DNA of 63,994 nt, the filler included, from Bigelowiella natans CCMP2755 (taxonomy: Eukaryota; Protista; Cercozoa), in the NCBI GenBank assembly GCA_000320545.1. It is 8 parts of 8 records of this genome, joined end to end, with 100 filler letters (N's around TTAATTAATTAA, not from the genome) between each part and the next. Parts side by side here need not be neighbours in the genome. Positions count along the whole stretch, not along the records: positions 30,045 to 48,628 come from ADNK01002044.1; positions 48,729 to 55,264 come from ADNK01000736.1; 6 more parts are not named here. One strand, 5' to 3'. The notes beneath the pieces were generated by a model. The model did no database searches. It was given only the letters and a program-made list of their open reading frames with translations, and had not been told where the DNA came from. Each line of letters starts with the position of its first letter. Within the stretch, counting starts at the first letter, position 1. A program made the position numbers and the translations under genes. This document shows, piece by piece, positions 36,652 through 51,395 of the stretch.

Positions 36652-37371
36652 CTGGCGTGACGGGAAGCGGAGGCATTGCGTTTGGCGCACTGTTGCTGTG
36701 GAGTCGGTTGCGCAGGCATTGCCTCACAGAAGTTCCTTTCCTGAATCTCAACTTCATCATCGGGAACAAACAATGGTGCGCATCGCACAGCTGCGTTCGA
36801 TTCACTCGGTCGTGCAAGTGATGCGTGCACGTGGACACGCAGTTCATCATCGAGCACACGTCCACAGCTGGACAGGACCAGAGGACGCATGCACACGGCA
36901 CGCACACCTGGACATGCCAGAATGTTTGATTTGGGCGCAAGTGTGTGTCATCAGGAATGACAATGTCCACGCATGTTTTGATTTTGATCGTTCCGGACAG
37001 TGTTGCCCGTGTCATGTGAGCTGCTCATCATGAAATTGTTGGCTCATGCACGGACACACGCACATGCAGGGTTCCAGCAACGCCAGAATGCATGTCCGCA
37101 ACGAACGGAACAGATGTCATGGCCAAGCCAGCCTCGCGCTGTCATTGACACTTTTGAACATCTTCGCCATGTGTTGCAAAATGAAAGAACAAAAAACCAA
37201 AGTGCGACAATGGCAACTTTTGACATCGGATGGAACGCCACAGAGAATGTTGTGGTTGTAGATTGCAACTTGCATGAAGTAATCAATGACAAGTGTGTGC
37301 CGAAACACTACTGACAAATGAACATCAAGATCAGTGATATGTGTAGCGACTGCTTGGATCATTAGCAAGCT

Positions 37372-39931
37372 TCATAAATCAGATAATTTCTCAAGCGAAT
37401 CGTTTACAATGGAGAAGGAATTCCCAAGATGGCCTACATGAAAGAACAAACCATAGTCTTTGAGACTGCGAGTAGAAAGTAGGTACAAACAAAGTGCAAT
37501 GACCGGCGTAAGTAGTGCAATTAAGCTCGCAGTCACCGAAGCCGATACCAGATTTACCCCATTGTTGTCCAGAATAGATAAACTGAAAATGAGGAGAGAC
37601 ATTAATAGAGAGAGGTTGTGCCCGAGGGCGACTATGCGACTGTGACAAAACTTGCTTCTGTGAATGAATAGTTTTGCTGTTCGATAGGATGGGTTTTGTG
37701 TGTGAGCTTGATGAAATACCCTGAGATATAGTCGACGTCTGGGCCGGGAGTCCCTGTGATTTTCTGCTTGATTTTATTGTAGCCTGTGAATTGGATGGTT
37801 GCGCCCTAGGAGGGGGATAAAATCAAAAAATCAAAGCTGAACGAAAACTCACTCTAGCAAAACTCTTACCAGGAGCGAATCGATAATCGATCCCATAGTA
37901 CCCGCGAGTCCGCCTGGGCATAGAATGCAATGGTATGTTGGATGGCGAATAGGAACAGCAATCAGCAAAAAATCGATCACGCGAACGAGGCAACTCACCA
38001 ACAAGAATGAGTCGCCATTCCGAAGCCGCAAGTGCGGCAAGAGGTGAGCCGGAGGTCAAAGCAGGATGCAATGCCCCGGCGAGATAGAAGACCAGGCCCA
38101 TCCAGAGGCCACCTTTTGTGTAACATTTTTATTTAGTTTGCATGTGCAAAGAAAATGAGAGGAGAAGAAATTCGTAAGGAGAGAAACATCGCACCGAAAA
38201 CAGACGCTGACAATCCCAATCTTGTGACTCCGCCATTTGTCCCCTTTGGAGAATAAGAGAAATCAAAGTGGAAGTAGAGGGGACAAGACGAGGGTAATTA
38301 TTGACGAATGCTGAGTGGTGTAATATACGAATACCTTTCGCACAGGCTTGAGGTTTGTAATCAATCGTGGTTGTTCTTTCGAAAGCTGACCGAGCTGGTT
38401 ATGAACAGGAAGTAATCTTATCAATAGGAAGATTTATCCAAGTGCGCCATGGCGCCCGTAAAACGATAACTGCCCAATCGCAGAGAGCGAGCAGCAAAAA
38501 GATGAAAGAATCTCGGTATATATCTTCCTCAACTTCATAAAATCTATTTTTCAGAATTACCTCCGAGGCCCATGTGTCTCCACAGCAGCACCCATAATAG
38601 CCCAAGAAGCCTCCGAGCAGACTCACAGCCCTGGAAGTGGAGGAAGTGTTCGTTGGATCCGAAATATACCGAAAGTACGACAGCACAACAGTGCAAAGAT
38701 GCTCTCAATCCAAATGAAATTTTGCAAAGCTATATAATACTTGGTAAATCTCCTTTTTTGTCGAGAATAGAAAAAAGGCAAGGTTTACAGTGCTGTCTCA
38801 GGGCTAGCTGCCAGGTGCGTAAGCGGGAGGTCTTGAAAGCCTGTCGGAATAAGCAGACTTTAGTACAGGTTGGCAAATGCACTATGGATGGATAGGAGAA
38901 ACGGACCTATTAATGCTGCTGATGCAACTGCAAGGATCGATGGTACTCCAGCATTACACATTGCCTGTACCCAACCGCGCTGTCCGCCCTAGGGTTTTAT
39001 TTAACACTCTCGTCACATCTATTTGCAATACTAGAAACACCCTTTCGCAAGCCAGACGTGAGACACGTGTGTACCTTTTTGAAGTGGTCATCAACAGCCT
39101 TTGCAGTTTCTTTATACTGGGTGATTAGGGATGATGCGACGAAGAAAGCTGATTACATATGGAATAAATTCAGATCCCGCCCTGTGGTTTATGATGCGTG
39201 AAAACGGGACCGAACCTAGAAGGGTCATTCCGCAGCGCAGGCTTGCTCCTAGGGTGAGAGCGCCAACGATCAACCCCGCGACGGCACCAGATTTACTGAG
39301 GGCTTGTCTCTTCAATCCCCAAGCTGCCATAGCCACAGCGGCGGCTACACCGCTACCTGTTTGGACAAGGTAACCTCCAGCTGCAGGCGCATGAGCTGCT
39401 CCGAGCCCACACACTAATGTTTACGGACAATCTCTTACGCAATGCCATATGAACAAACGCAATTTATAGCACAAAAGAGGGGAAACGAATAGCTTTGTGA
39501 TATTCGATGGTGTCAAGTGTAATGAGGCGCCAACACAGGGCTTGGGTTATTAGACAAGCCAAATATAATGTTTCTTCCGAAGCACAACCTAGGACCCCGG
39601 CGCCTGCGACCTTCTTCAAGGCCCGAACCATCTCGAATTTGGGGGTCGGAGCATTGGTAGCCCCATCTAAAGTGTCAGACCCCGCAGATTTGGGTAGAGA
39701 AAGGTGGAAAGGGCGTAATGACTTCCTGCTTCGAGACACAATGGAAGAGGGGTATGTGTGGAACGATGCCGGGATTAGGGTTCCCCTCTTCCCCAAAGCT
39801 AAGGAAGAGGTCTTCTTTCCCCCCGTGAGAATGGCTCTCTGGCCTCCCCGAGAAAGCGGCGCGGCTGAGGCGGCGAGCAACGGCAAGGTCGCGAAGAGCA
39901 CGGTTGGGACAATGAGATGGACCGCGGCCAT
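37372..39931 (-). CDS. DUF92 / TMEM19-family membrane protein with a bipartite plastid-targeting presequence
   Basis: Motifs [16 protein letters not shown]|[23 protein letters not shown]|[28 protein letters not shown]|GATIQ and [11 protein letters not shown]. The N-terminus [25 protein letters not shown] is followed by an S/R/K-rich stretch. Confidence 0.9.
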
Positions 39932-40512
39932 TGTGGGCAGATGCGAGACACTGGTATGTGAGGAAACAAAATTTTGGTAATATTCCGGTATGAAAGACTC
40001 TTTTTCACTTGAGAGATATGCCATGTAAGGATCCACACGCACAGAACAGAATTTTGGACTTTGTGACCGGGGAAAACCCAGAAAAGTCTGCCAGACGGGG
40101 GCCCCGGTTTTTGGAATATGATCGGGCGAAAAGGATGGTCGAATCTCAGATTTCGGATATTGAGCCCGATCAAATAAAGTAGGGGTTTATTACTCTCCGA
40201 CAATTTGAATGGGGGTAAGGAAGGTGAAAATTCAGGGGTTTTGTGCATAATAGGTGGGTCTCCGACATAGAGCTACTCGGGCGACTAAGGTACCGTATCC
40301 GGGTTGAAAAGAGCACAGGCTCGAGTTGGAGGAGGAGGTGTGAATTAGATCATTTTTCAAGCTTTAAATATCATAAATATGTTCATTCAATATTTTCAAA
40401 ACGAGATAAATTCGGCAATGTCAATAATTTTTTTTCTGTATTCGTATTCGATAAATAATCGATACAAATATGACCAAATACTAGCGACCAAGAAAGATAC
40501 ATTGTTCGAAAC

Positions 40513-42620
40513 ATGGAGATGGAGAACTACACCAGCTGGTATGAGCGTAACAAATTAGATGTGTGCACTTGCATCACCAGCCACACACTGATGTAAAGGC
40601 TACGGATTTCATATCTTATCCTTGCTCTTGTATCCTCTTCCCCATTCTTTCAGCTACACGGTGGAGGGAACTTTTGAAGAGATAGACGAGGTATTCGCAT
40701 TCTACGAATCTCTGGTCCCTTTTCCCGGGTTTTAACTCACATTCGGAACTTTTGATATATCTCTCTAAAAGGTGCAGGACATCAACGTTAGCAGCGGTAC
40801 CGTCTGAGAGCAATTTGTCACAAAGATCCGTTTTCTATTCCTCAAAAAGAGCCGTAGGACTGATCCTAGCAGCTCGCGTTCTGTCGAATAAAACGTCATC
40901 CTCCTACGGTAGCATCAGATCTAGACTAATTTCTTGTTCCCCTCTCCCCCCCTCCCCCCCTCCCACCCCCATGTTCCCACATTCTTAATCGAAATCGCTG
41001 GCTAAGCGTATGTGGGAGCATACTCAGTCATCGTTGAAGAAGGTGGGGAAGATGCGTTGGCACGTTCGCAGAAGCAGCAGCAGCAGCAGCAGCAACAACA
41101 ACAAGAAGAAGAGTCAGAACTGAAGGGGAAGGCGAACGACAAGGCTTCTCCTGACTTCAAGATCACCAAATGGGCGGAAGGACACCAAAAGTAAAACCAT
41201 ATTTGTGAGACCAATCGACCAGAAATAAAACAAACACAACCACCCAGGCTGCTGGCTTGTGGCAACATGGAGCGCAAGATGGAGCTTCTTGGTCGCCTGA
41301 AGGAAGAAATTGAGGCTATCGCCGTGCCGATCGCACGCGAAATTATCGACGAAAATCACAGGGAGTGGAGACTGCTCCTCGAATCTACCAATCAGAGTGG
41401 TATAGAAAAATGACAAAAACGCTTGTTACTGCCATCCTGACCTTGATCTTTACTCTCACAACGTTGAAATCTCACGCAGTTGCGAAGGAATCGAAGGAGA
41501 CTAAAGTGGGGAAGATAGAGAAAAAGCCGAAAAAGTACCTGCCGGCTGATGTAGGCGGGGTGGCGGGAGGAACGAAATGTAGGGACTAATCAACACAACC
41601 ACGCCGAAGTGCATAAATAAGCATAAATCCACTCATATATGCAACTTCTAGTATTTCAGCGTGTAGATATCCAATTGGTCGATCAAACTTTAATGATACG
41701 AGTACATGTACGTATGATTCAACTCCGCCGCCGTAATCGCATCGTCAGTCATCTGCGAAGGCTTTCTTTTCAAGCTGGCCACCGATCCAGTGGTAGGAAT
41801 AACGAATACACCATTAGGGAGGAAACAACCCCTTCACTTACAAGGAGCAGTAGCCATAGTAGCAGCGCCGAAAAGCCTTCCGTGAAATGCCTCACTTTTT
41901 GAACATAGTCCTGACCCACTTCCTCTGCAGGTCGGCAAAAACATCCATCTCTACGGGGGGGGAGCGAAGCCAAGCCTCGACAGGGCTGCGAAGGCTGCTG
42001 CGCATGAGCTCCACGGTGAATATTTTGCATTTTCGAACGAGGGCCTATCTCCCTTCATGTCACGCCCTGGATCTTCACCATAACTTCATCATCACACACA
42101 CCTTTGATTGGTCGCTGCATTCTCTTCACCAGGGGCAAACAGCTTCTACAGCTACTTTCTACGGGAGGGGATCGATATACAAGTGCCTTGGCAAACAATC
42201 ATCGATTACAGAGGTGCATGTCGAGGAATGAGTGTCGTAGACGGAGATATGTGCTGGGCTGTGTGTGTGTGTGTGTGTGTGTGTGCTGTGCGCGCGCGCG
42301 CGCGAAGTTTACATTCCTCTTATTCGCATTTCCCCCATTTCTATTTCACCTATTTGTCTTCAGGGTTCCGGATCGTCGCGATGCCGCTCCTCCCTTTGAA
42401 GAATAGCGAACTCATCTACGGCTCCGACGACGGGGGTAGGGCGTCACGTCCTAGCAATCCTGCAGTATTAACATTGTACTCCTATCATCTGCTAAATGGG
42501 GGTTACCCGTGTGTCATCCTCATCGTTGGATGGTACAATGCTTCCCCTTTCTCGCCAGTTGGGCCCTTCGTTATCGTCACGTTCTTTCAAACCTGCCCCC
42601 CCCCCCCCTTTCTTCCCCTC

Positions 42621-42665
<45 letters not shown>

Positions 42666-42944
42666 TCTCACCCAGGGCGCACGGTGCACAACTCAGACAA
42701 GTCATTCGGGGAGAATATCCAGAAAGCGGCCAAGGAGCTGCATCTAGGTCAGTCCTCCTCGTAGACCTGAGCATGTATATATATTATATATTTATATATA
42801 GTATATATATGTTATAATATCCTACTTAATATGGCTGCTTGCGTGCGTACATACGTGTGTGCCTTTTCATACAATGTCCATGCAACAAGACAGTTGCTAC
42901 ATCTGGCTTTGGTGATAAGGACAACACAGTCAATGCTACTATTA

Positions 42945-42977
<33 letters not shown>

Positions 42978-44865
42978 TTCCCGCCATATTATTCTCCATG
43001 TATAGACACACGCACACACAACACACACACACACACACACACACATAGCACAGAGATATGATTTCCGAACGTCGTTTACACGTCGTTGTCCACTGAGTGA
43101 GATCTCTACCGCAGCGGTTCATCAATCGTGTGGCAACGTGAAGGTGGCGACGGGGGGCGACGTGGAGGGCCATCGAGTCACAGCTGGAGCTGGGGGGGGG
43201 GGAAGGGGGGGGGGAGCATGAGAGGAGATTCTGAGAACAACGGCGGCACCGAGACTTACGAATACTGTAGGGAACTCTCGACAACAACGACGTGCATATC
43301 CACCTTGCGCGCGAGACTGCTCTCATGCACGCACAATTACCACACCATATTTCACTTTTGAGGACTTCCTTTTGGTCTACCCCATCTGTGATGCATGCGA
43401 ACGTGGGAGGTGGGTTTCCGGACACGTTTGGCTGTCCCCTCCCCCCCTAATAATCTTTCTCTCTGCAGCTACCGATCTTGAGGGGACGGAAGATGAAAGA
43501 GGCCGGGGAGAGGGCAAGGCAGAGGATGCTGGCAGTAGCAGCGGCGACGCGAGCGCCTTCAAATACTGTACGTAAAGAGCTCTTGAGCAACGGTCAGCAT
43601 GCGCAATGCTAATCTCGAAAACCATGCAGATTTGCTCGATCTGGCACGATATGCGCCTCCGGAGGATCCGGTTGTCACGTCGCATCTCCCGCGGGTCTCC
43701 AGCAGGTTGCATTCGTCCCTCCCCCGAAGTGAGCGCTTTGTGCAGGCGTCGATGCACGCACGCTTTTGATGGCTCGCAAATAGATGAGAAGTTGTTCTTT
43801 TTCGAGTTGCTGCTGGTGCTGCTGCTGTGAGTGTGCGTACCGTGTGGTGAGCCTGCTGCTGTTGATAGGATTATATTTTATCTTGTGATCGTCGTTAAAC
43901 ACACACGCGCGCGCGCGCAGGCGCGCACATGCTCACACGCACAATGATTCAGCGTATTTTATCGGATGCTCCGCCCTGAGTTCCTCAAGTCCCTGGCCTT
44001 CCGTGCCCAGCGACACCACGCCAAGCCCCCCGTGATCCCAGCGCTGAGCTCGGACACCCTTTCTGGGTGGGGACGGCGGCAGTCAAGACAGCACCGGGAG
44101 CACCTCAGGGCCGCCACCAAATATCTTTGTACGCAAGCATGTGTAACAACAACCGAAAGCCTGCGTGAGAAATCGAGCGAGCGTGGATTTCAAAACTAAC
44201 AGGGCGCCGAAAACATCGGTGAACTTTGGTCCGGCGAGCACGTTAGACTCCCGGCCTACAGCCATACTGAGCCGCCCCCCCCCCCCCCCTGAGCTTCGTC
44301 CCAGGGATGATTGATGGATATTGTCATAGGTACGAATGTCGTGGAGGCTGCGATGGAGGAGATAATGAGGTTTGCGGACTCGATTGCCATCACGAGGCTC
44401 CCTAACGATGTGGATGATCCCTCGAAGCTGAAAATGCCAGACAACATCGACATATCTGGTATGTGTGCAGACGGGTCTTTCTATCCCTAGAATGCATCAT
44501 CGTTCCTCTCCCAGCCCCTTTCGATATTATCGATCATCACCACCAATCATCAATCATCAATCATCAATCATCGATCATCAATCATCGATCATCAATCATC
44601 CTCCACCATCTTACACGCTTGCTTGTCCTTTCCCCCGGAATGAAGGCATCCTACACCACACGGGGCTGCCAATCAGGCACCTGAAGCTGACGCTGGAGCT
44701 CACATCGATCGAGAGATTCCTCCGAGACGAGAACAACCAGCCGCCGCCCTCCACCGTGCTGTACAGCTCAACGCTCTCCTCGATGGATATCAAAAAGGCG
44801 AAAGCAAGTAGCAAACGATGTGTACACATACACAAACACACACACACAGACACATATATAATTAT

Positions 44866-44899
<34 letters not shown>

Positions 44900-45050
44900 G
44901 TATACATAGGATATAGAATATGTGCTTGGTGCACGATGCCATGTTACGATGATGATAGTGATGCACACGCCCAGGCCTTGTAAGGAGCAGGATCATGGCT
45001 GAGGTACTCGCGCGCTCGCTGAAGCACATCCTCCGAAAGCTTTTACGGTG

Positions 45051-45086
<36 letters not shown>

Positions 45087-47050
45087 GATAACGAAGAAGA
45101 AGAAGAAGATAAATGAAGAAGAAGAACAAGAAGATAATAATACGATGATAGTGATGTTTGATAATTGTAAACCGTATAAGCAAATATCCGCAGGTCAAAC
45201 GACGCTGGCGACGTGCTGTCGCAGCTGGACAAGTTCCTCTCCAACCTCACAACCGACCCCACCTCCCCCATCAAGATAATAGCTTCGGAGCGGAAGGGGA
45301 GCGTCAAAGGAGGGGGGGACTCCACCGCAGCGGGCATGGATGAAAAACGCCAGAAGTGCTCCTCATCTCCATCACCACCACCACCACCACCATCGTCATC
45401 GTCATCTTCTCCTTCTTCCTCCTCCCCCTCTTTCTGGACGTCGGTGGCTGAGGACATGCAAGCGTTGTTCGGAATATGCGTTCCTCGGATCGGTGGTGAT
45501 GGGAAGAAAGCCGACACCGACGACAGCGATAACAAAGCTGTAGAGAAGCCTAAAGCGCCCACGGGCAGCAAAAGCAGCAGCAGTGCTACCACGTCGTCGT
45601 CGTCGTCTTCTTCTTCTACTTGCTCTCTTCTCCCTCCCTATGGACTTCGCACGAAAGTAGGCTTCACGGGCTCAGCAGCGCTTGCGAAGTGGATAAATGA
45701 CATCAAGTACCAGGTAGCCAACGACCGTCGTCGAAGAAACATCGATAGTTTTTGGTCCAATAGAACGACCACAGTGATGACAAGTGCCAAACGGGGTGTG
45801 CTGAAGATGATGATGCTTTCCACTGCTACGAGGGAAAATGCAAAAAAATCTCCCCCCTCCCTTCTCCTGCCACCATTCGCATAAAAACCGCCATTCGTTT
45901 GTTAGGGGGAGAGCACCAATGCTTTGGGGAAGACAATCAAGGACTACATGGCCGAAAAGAAGCTCCCAGTCTCCGCCCTGAGTCCGTCGCGGGAACGGTA
46001 TCTTACCGTTTTGAAAGGTGTGTATGCCGGTCGTCATCATCGCCGTCGTCGTAAGTGCTAAAAACATCCACCGTCCGTGCCTTCCATGCAATATTCCTTG
46101 ATGAAGCTCACTGCGCGAATTATATCGGGGAGGACATGAGCACACGTTGCCACGTGTTTTTTCCTGATATCAGATATGAAGGTGAAGAAGAAGGACGGAG
46201 AGCCTCACGAGCACCTCTCCGATCTCCTTCGCGTCCGGTGTGCAGACCTGCCATTCCCTGTTGATGACCATCCGCCAATTTATGACATTTTGGAGGGAGA
46301 AGAAGAAGAAGAAGAAGAAGAAGAAGAAGAACAACAACAACAACAACAACAACGACGACGACGACTAAGAAGAGGAAGAAAGCATCGAGCATCACTCACT
46401 TCCACCTCCACCACCGCCGCCACCACAACTGTCAGGATGTGCTCGATCACATTCGGAAAACCTGTGCGTGCATAACCATCATTATTATTCTTATCATGAG
46501 GTTCTTACAACCCCCCCCGCTGCTGCTGCTGCCTCCGCCATTCGCGCTACTACTTCTTCTGTGTTTGCTGTGATCAAAGGTCGTGGCAGGCTCACCTCTG
46601 CCGGTTCCTACAGCCCGCACAGTTCAAATGGCGCGATCTCTTTACGAAGCGCTTCAACTCGTTGGAGAAAACCATACGACTCACGGTTGTATCTCGCCTC
46701 CTCCCCCCCAACAACCCCTCCCGTACAAAGCACGCACGCACCACGCACACTCCTAAAAGCTATACCATTCCCTCCTCTCCTTGCGAATCACGATGCCTCT
46801 GCTCACCCCCCCCCCCCCCCCCTCCCCACCGGCATCCATCCATAGCCTATCCCCCTCCACGTCTACGCACGACGACACCTGCACCTCATCCTCACCCACG
46901 CGCTGGAGGGGTGGCATTCGCCTGCTCGACTCTCGACGGTAGCACCATGTATAACGTGATAAGCAATATCGATCGGAGAATGGCCTCATGTTAAACTAAC
47001 GAAGGAGAGGAAAGATCTTCTGATATATACATATATATATATAGATATAG

Positions 47051-47086
<36 letters not shown>

Positions 47087-47472
47087 CTGGACCGCCCTCT
47101 CCGATTGGAGCTGCGGTGGCGACCAGTATAGCGTGTCCCTCACCGCCGGGAGGAAGCTGCGGCTGATGAGGTTCAAGGCAGCGGCGATGGGGGTCATCAG
47201 GGCTCTCCGGATTCAAAACGGCTTTCGATTGAAGGGGGGGGGAGAGTCCAAGCAGAAGAAAGAGACGAGGAAGCAGGCCTCCTCTGCCAAGCCAGTCACG
47301 GCGGCGTCTAAGGAAGAGCCCTCTACTGCTGCTGCTTCGCCCAACGTAAGTAAGAAGACGGAGATGCAACTGGAGGTTCGGTATAAGAATATGGACATCA
47401 TGGAATGGGCCGCCTTGAGCAACGCCGTGAGGAAGGTGCACGATCTCACGGATATTTATACATTTATGTATT

Positions 47473-47518
<46 letters not shown>

Positions 47519-47821
47519 CATATGTAAATATCAGCGCGAATGATGCAGCAATACGTTTCTTTTTTAACCAAAAGGCCACGGCCCTGCTCGGTGCCTGCGA
47601 GGAGTCCAAAGATGGAAGGGGGAGCATCGAGCTCTGGCAAAAGATCCAAGCGTACACACAGCAAGGTTGAAGAACCGCTACCACTACTACCACTACCTAC
47701 CGCTGCTGCTGCTGCTACTGCCTTTGCAACCACACACCGAAAGGATGTGCGAAATGAGTCTTCGCCACACCCCTCGCGCTGTGAGCAACTCGATGTATTT
47801 GAAGATGAGAGAACACGCACT

Positions 47822-47898
<77 letters not shown>

Positions 47899-48160
47899 CA
47901 TTTACATACATGTTGGCTCGTCAGGTGATTCTTCCTGTTATCGATTGTGCCGCTCCGGCGGGGCCTCAGTGAGCTCTCTCCATCGCATGCAGCCCCTGCG
48001 GTCTCTAAAGGACTTCCAGGTCATCACATGTTCTAGAGCTTTTGTTTCCTCGTCCCATGTCAAAGTGGGGTTAGTTTCGGATGCTCTTTGCTTGTTATTC
48101 TTTGCTTTACAGGCTCCCCCGTGGCAGGACGTCAAGTCCGTTTGCCATGACGAGCAGGTA
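40513..48160 (+). CDS. Clu (clustered-mitochondria) domain-containing large protein with many exons (3' end unresolved at the gap)
   Basis: Segments PIARAII-like DE, VGGVAGGTK, AAKAAAHEL, VPWQTIIDYRG|FRIVAMPLLPL...LIYGSDDGGRTVH, GDVEGHR, IFYRMLRPEFL, ALSSDTLSGWG, LHHTGLPIRHL and AEVLARSLKHILR follow the motif order of Clu-domain proteins. Confidence 0.8.
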
Positions 48161-49192
48161 TCTATGATGATGACGGTGGTGGTGGTGGTGGTGGTGGTGA
48201 TGACGATGATGATGATGAGGAAAGAGCACCTCCTATCAATCACAGCAGCCGCTGCAATTAGATAACTGCCCCTTGTAATCACCGAAATCTAAGCGTCCCC
48301 CCCCTCCCCCCCCCCCCCCTCCTTCTTTGCCCTTCCACGGGGAAACTATTCCGTTTCTCCCTGCTGGGGCCAGCTACCAAACCGGGAACTAAAACTTAAC
48401 GGGGAAACAAGGCGGGGGGGGGGGGCGAAAACGGAACCAAGAAAACCCCCCGAAAATTCAACAACATTAATGGGTTTGAAAAGGTTGGTTTTCCTGCGCC
48501 CAACAAATTCATTTTCCGCGTTGGGGGAGTGATAATTCGGGGGGGCTGACTCTCTCCCTTTCCCGCAAGCTAAAACGAGAGAAAATACCCTCTGGGGTGT
48601 AGCATTTTCCACCGGCTCGGGATCTCTCNNNNNNNNNNNNNNNNNNNNNNNNNNNNNNNNNNNNNNNNNNNNTTAATTAATTAANNNNNNNNNNNNNNNN
48701 NNNNNNNNNNNNNNNNNNNNNNNNNNNNATTCTTCTCACTCGTTCTAATATATACACTTGACCGAACTCGTTTTCCATGGTCTTTCGGCAATGCTCTGGC
48801 ACAACCGTCCCATCTGCTAGAATCCATTGTGGATGATTGTTCATCGTTTACACTCAAGTTTGAATTCTCAGCTGTACTCTACTAATATGATGAGCTTTTC
48901 CTCGTGTTAGCGTTAAGAGTAAGCGTTTCACCTCCCCTACTCCGGAGAGAAGGGACAAAAGGGCAAAAAGTCATTTCACAATATCCAGGCGATTTTGGCG
49001 GGAGAATCTGGCGATGACTCCCACTCAACGAGGAAAATAGTTTTCCCAACGCTTTGGGGTCAAGTCCCAAGTCATAATAACTAGCCTTTTACTCCCCGTG
49101 TGTTGCCCCCCTTCACTTTGGGCGGGTGGGGGGGGGGGGGGGGATGATTAATCTAATCGCCACATACGAATGTACGTTTCTTTTACCATAAG

Positions 49193-50393
49193 GAATTACA
49201 AGGACTGGAAGGGGAAGAACGTGATGATGTATTGCACCGGGGTGCGTATCGAGCGATATATCCGACGATGTCATCTCCGCTGTGTGTATGAGCGCAGCAG
49301 AGATGTGCTCCTCGTAGTTGCGGTGTTTGCTTGCTTGCTTGTTGCCCAGTTGTCCCATCACAACTTGCGCGCAGCACCACACACCAACACGGATCAATCA
49401 TCAGGGAATACGATGCGAGACGGCCTCCGCCTACCTCAGACAGAAAGGTGAGAGCAGAAGCCATACCGCTACTTACTTACACGATGCAATGATAATAACG
49501 CCTGTGGTGATGATGATGATGATGATGATCCTACCTACACGGATTAGTACACGTCGTCGGTTGTTTGTACTTCCGCGCTCATCGCTAGGATGGATGATGA
49601 TGATGCTGATGATGATGATGATGATGGTATACGAATACAAAGGCGTCGAGAGGGTGGCTCAGCTTCAGGGTACGAGGGAGCATCGAAGCGAATAACTCTT
49701 CACGAAACTTGCACACATGTGTTTTATGTCCGCACTCTCTCGCACACGCATACACAACAGATGCATATACAAACGTGTGCAGCAGGCACACATGCAGCCT
49801 TCTTCTTTCACCATCAACACCAAACATAGGCGGCATCCACGCATACCTCGAAGAGTTTGGTTCAGAAGGCTATTTCAAGGTAATAATGCGCGTGTTGCCG
49901 TTGCATTCCTTTTTCCCTTCCTCCCCCCCCCCCCCCCCCCCCCTGTCGCTGTCGCTGTCGCTGTCCTCTCCCACTTCAACATTATGTGTCGGCTATGTCA
50001 CTGGTCGTTGAATGCGTGCTTCTTCTAACGGCTAGGGGAAGAACTTCGTTTTCGATCAGCGAGTCGCTCTTGGAGATCCAAAGGGGTGGGCAATCACTCA
50101 GTGTGCTGCTTTTTTGTCAGATGTTGTTGCTAGAACACCTGTACCATCGCTATAGTCACGTGGATTTACTTACTAACCAGCATTTCTGAAATATCACCGC
50201 GTGCCGTCATAAATGTTGTATTTTGTTCTCTCCTCCTCCTCCTCCTCCTCCTCCTCCTCCTCCTGCTACCCCCTCTTCTCATCTCATCACCGTAGCGGCC
50301 CCGTGGAGGTGGTGGGACGTTGCTCGCTTTGCCAAAACCCCTATGATGAGCTCGACCCAAAGTTTGTGTGCACGGTGGGTGCTGACTCACGAC

Positions 50394-50435
<42 letters not shown>

Positions 50436-51352
50436 GTGTGTGTGTGTGTATGTGTGTGTGTGTGTGTGTGATTATGAACAGCAACATCACGCATAGTTCT
50501 CCTTATCAATTTCTTCCCTCTCTTCCCCCCCCCCCCTCCCTCTCTCGGTGCTGTATTCCTGCAGGTCTGCCGAGACCCTGTGCTGGTAAATAATGCGCAT
50601 AAAAGCAAGGCGACATCTCACTGCCACCAACTACGAATGGAAATAAAGAAGGCGGGGTGGTGGGGGGAGGAGAGAGAGAGAGAGAGAGAATAATAGAGCG
50701 GTTTGGTGCAAGATATTTCTGCTGTTTGCGAAGATGAACGCGTGTGGGAAGCTTTTGAGGCTCTCTTTCTTCCCCCCCTCCCTCCCTCTTCACTCCTTCT
50801 ACCTTTGTGGTCGCCTAAAGGTGTGCCCTTCCTGCCAAGAGAAGGACCTATATAAAGAATGGTAATAATCCCGCCTTCTATGCTGTGCTGCTGCACTTCA
50901 TCGAGAGAGGGTTATTCTTTGAAACAAATCGTCGTCGTCGTCTTCTTCTTCTTCTTCTTCTTCTTCTCCTCAGGTACTGCAAGGACCATTCAGCTCTCCG
51001 GGTATAACCACAGATACTTCACCTGATACCACACACCATATACACAATATATGTACATATATTTAAATGTAGACGCCTTGATGATAGTTCATAGCTTGAC
51101 GAATATGGGCAACTCGTTCTCGAATCAAGCCTACCTCTGGCTTATCTTTGAAATCTTTGCTCAGGGGATATACTTCACCTATCTCAATCGATTCTCGAGG
51201 CCTGAGCTCAAACGCCAAATCGATGTACGTTCACGGTTTTACCCTATGTACTTTGCAATGTGCATCTCAGAGAAGAGGACACCGGAGAGAAAGAATGTTT
51301 GAACGGAGAACAACAGCGTGATTGTACATGCACATATAAAGTCACAAACCCC

Positions 51353-51395
<43 letters not shown>

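Noticed and set aside
35813-37314. Dense overlapping Cys/His-rich ORFs in all frames (also 32100-33800)
   Set aside because: They are a by-product of TpA loss removing TAA/TAG stops and Tyr codons, not real genes.
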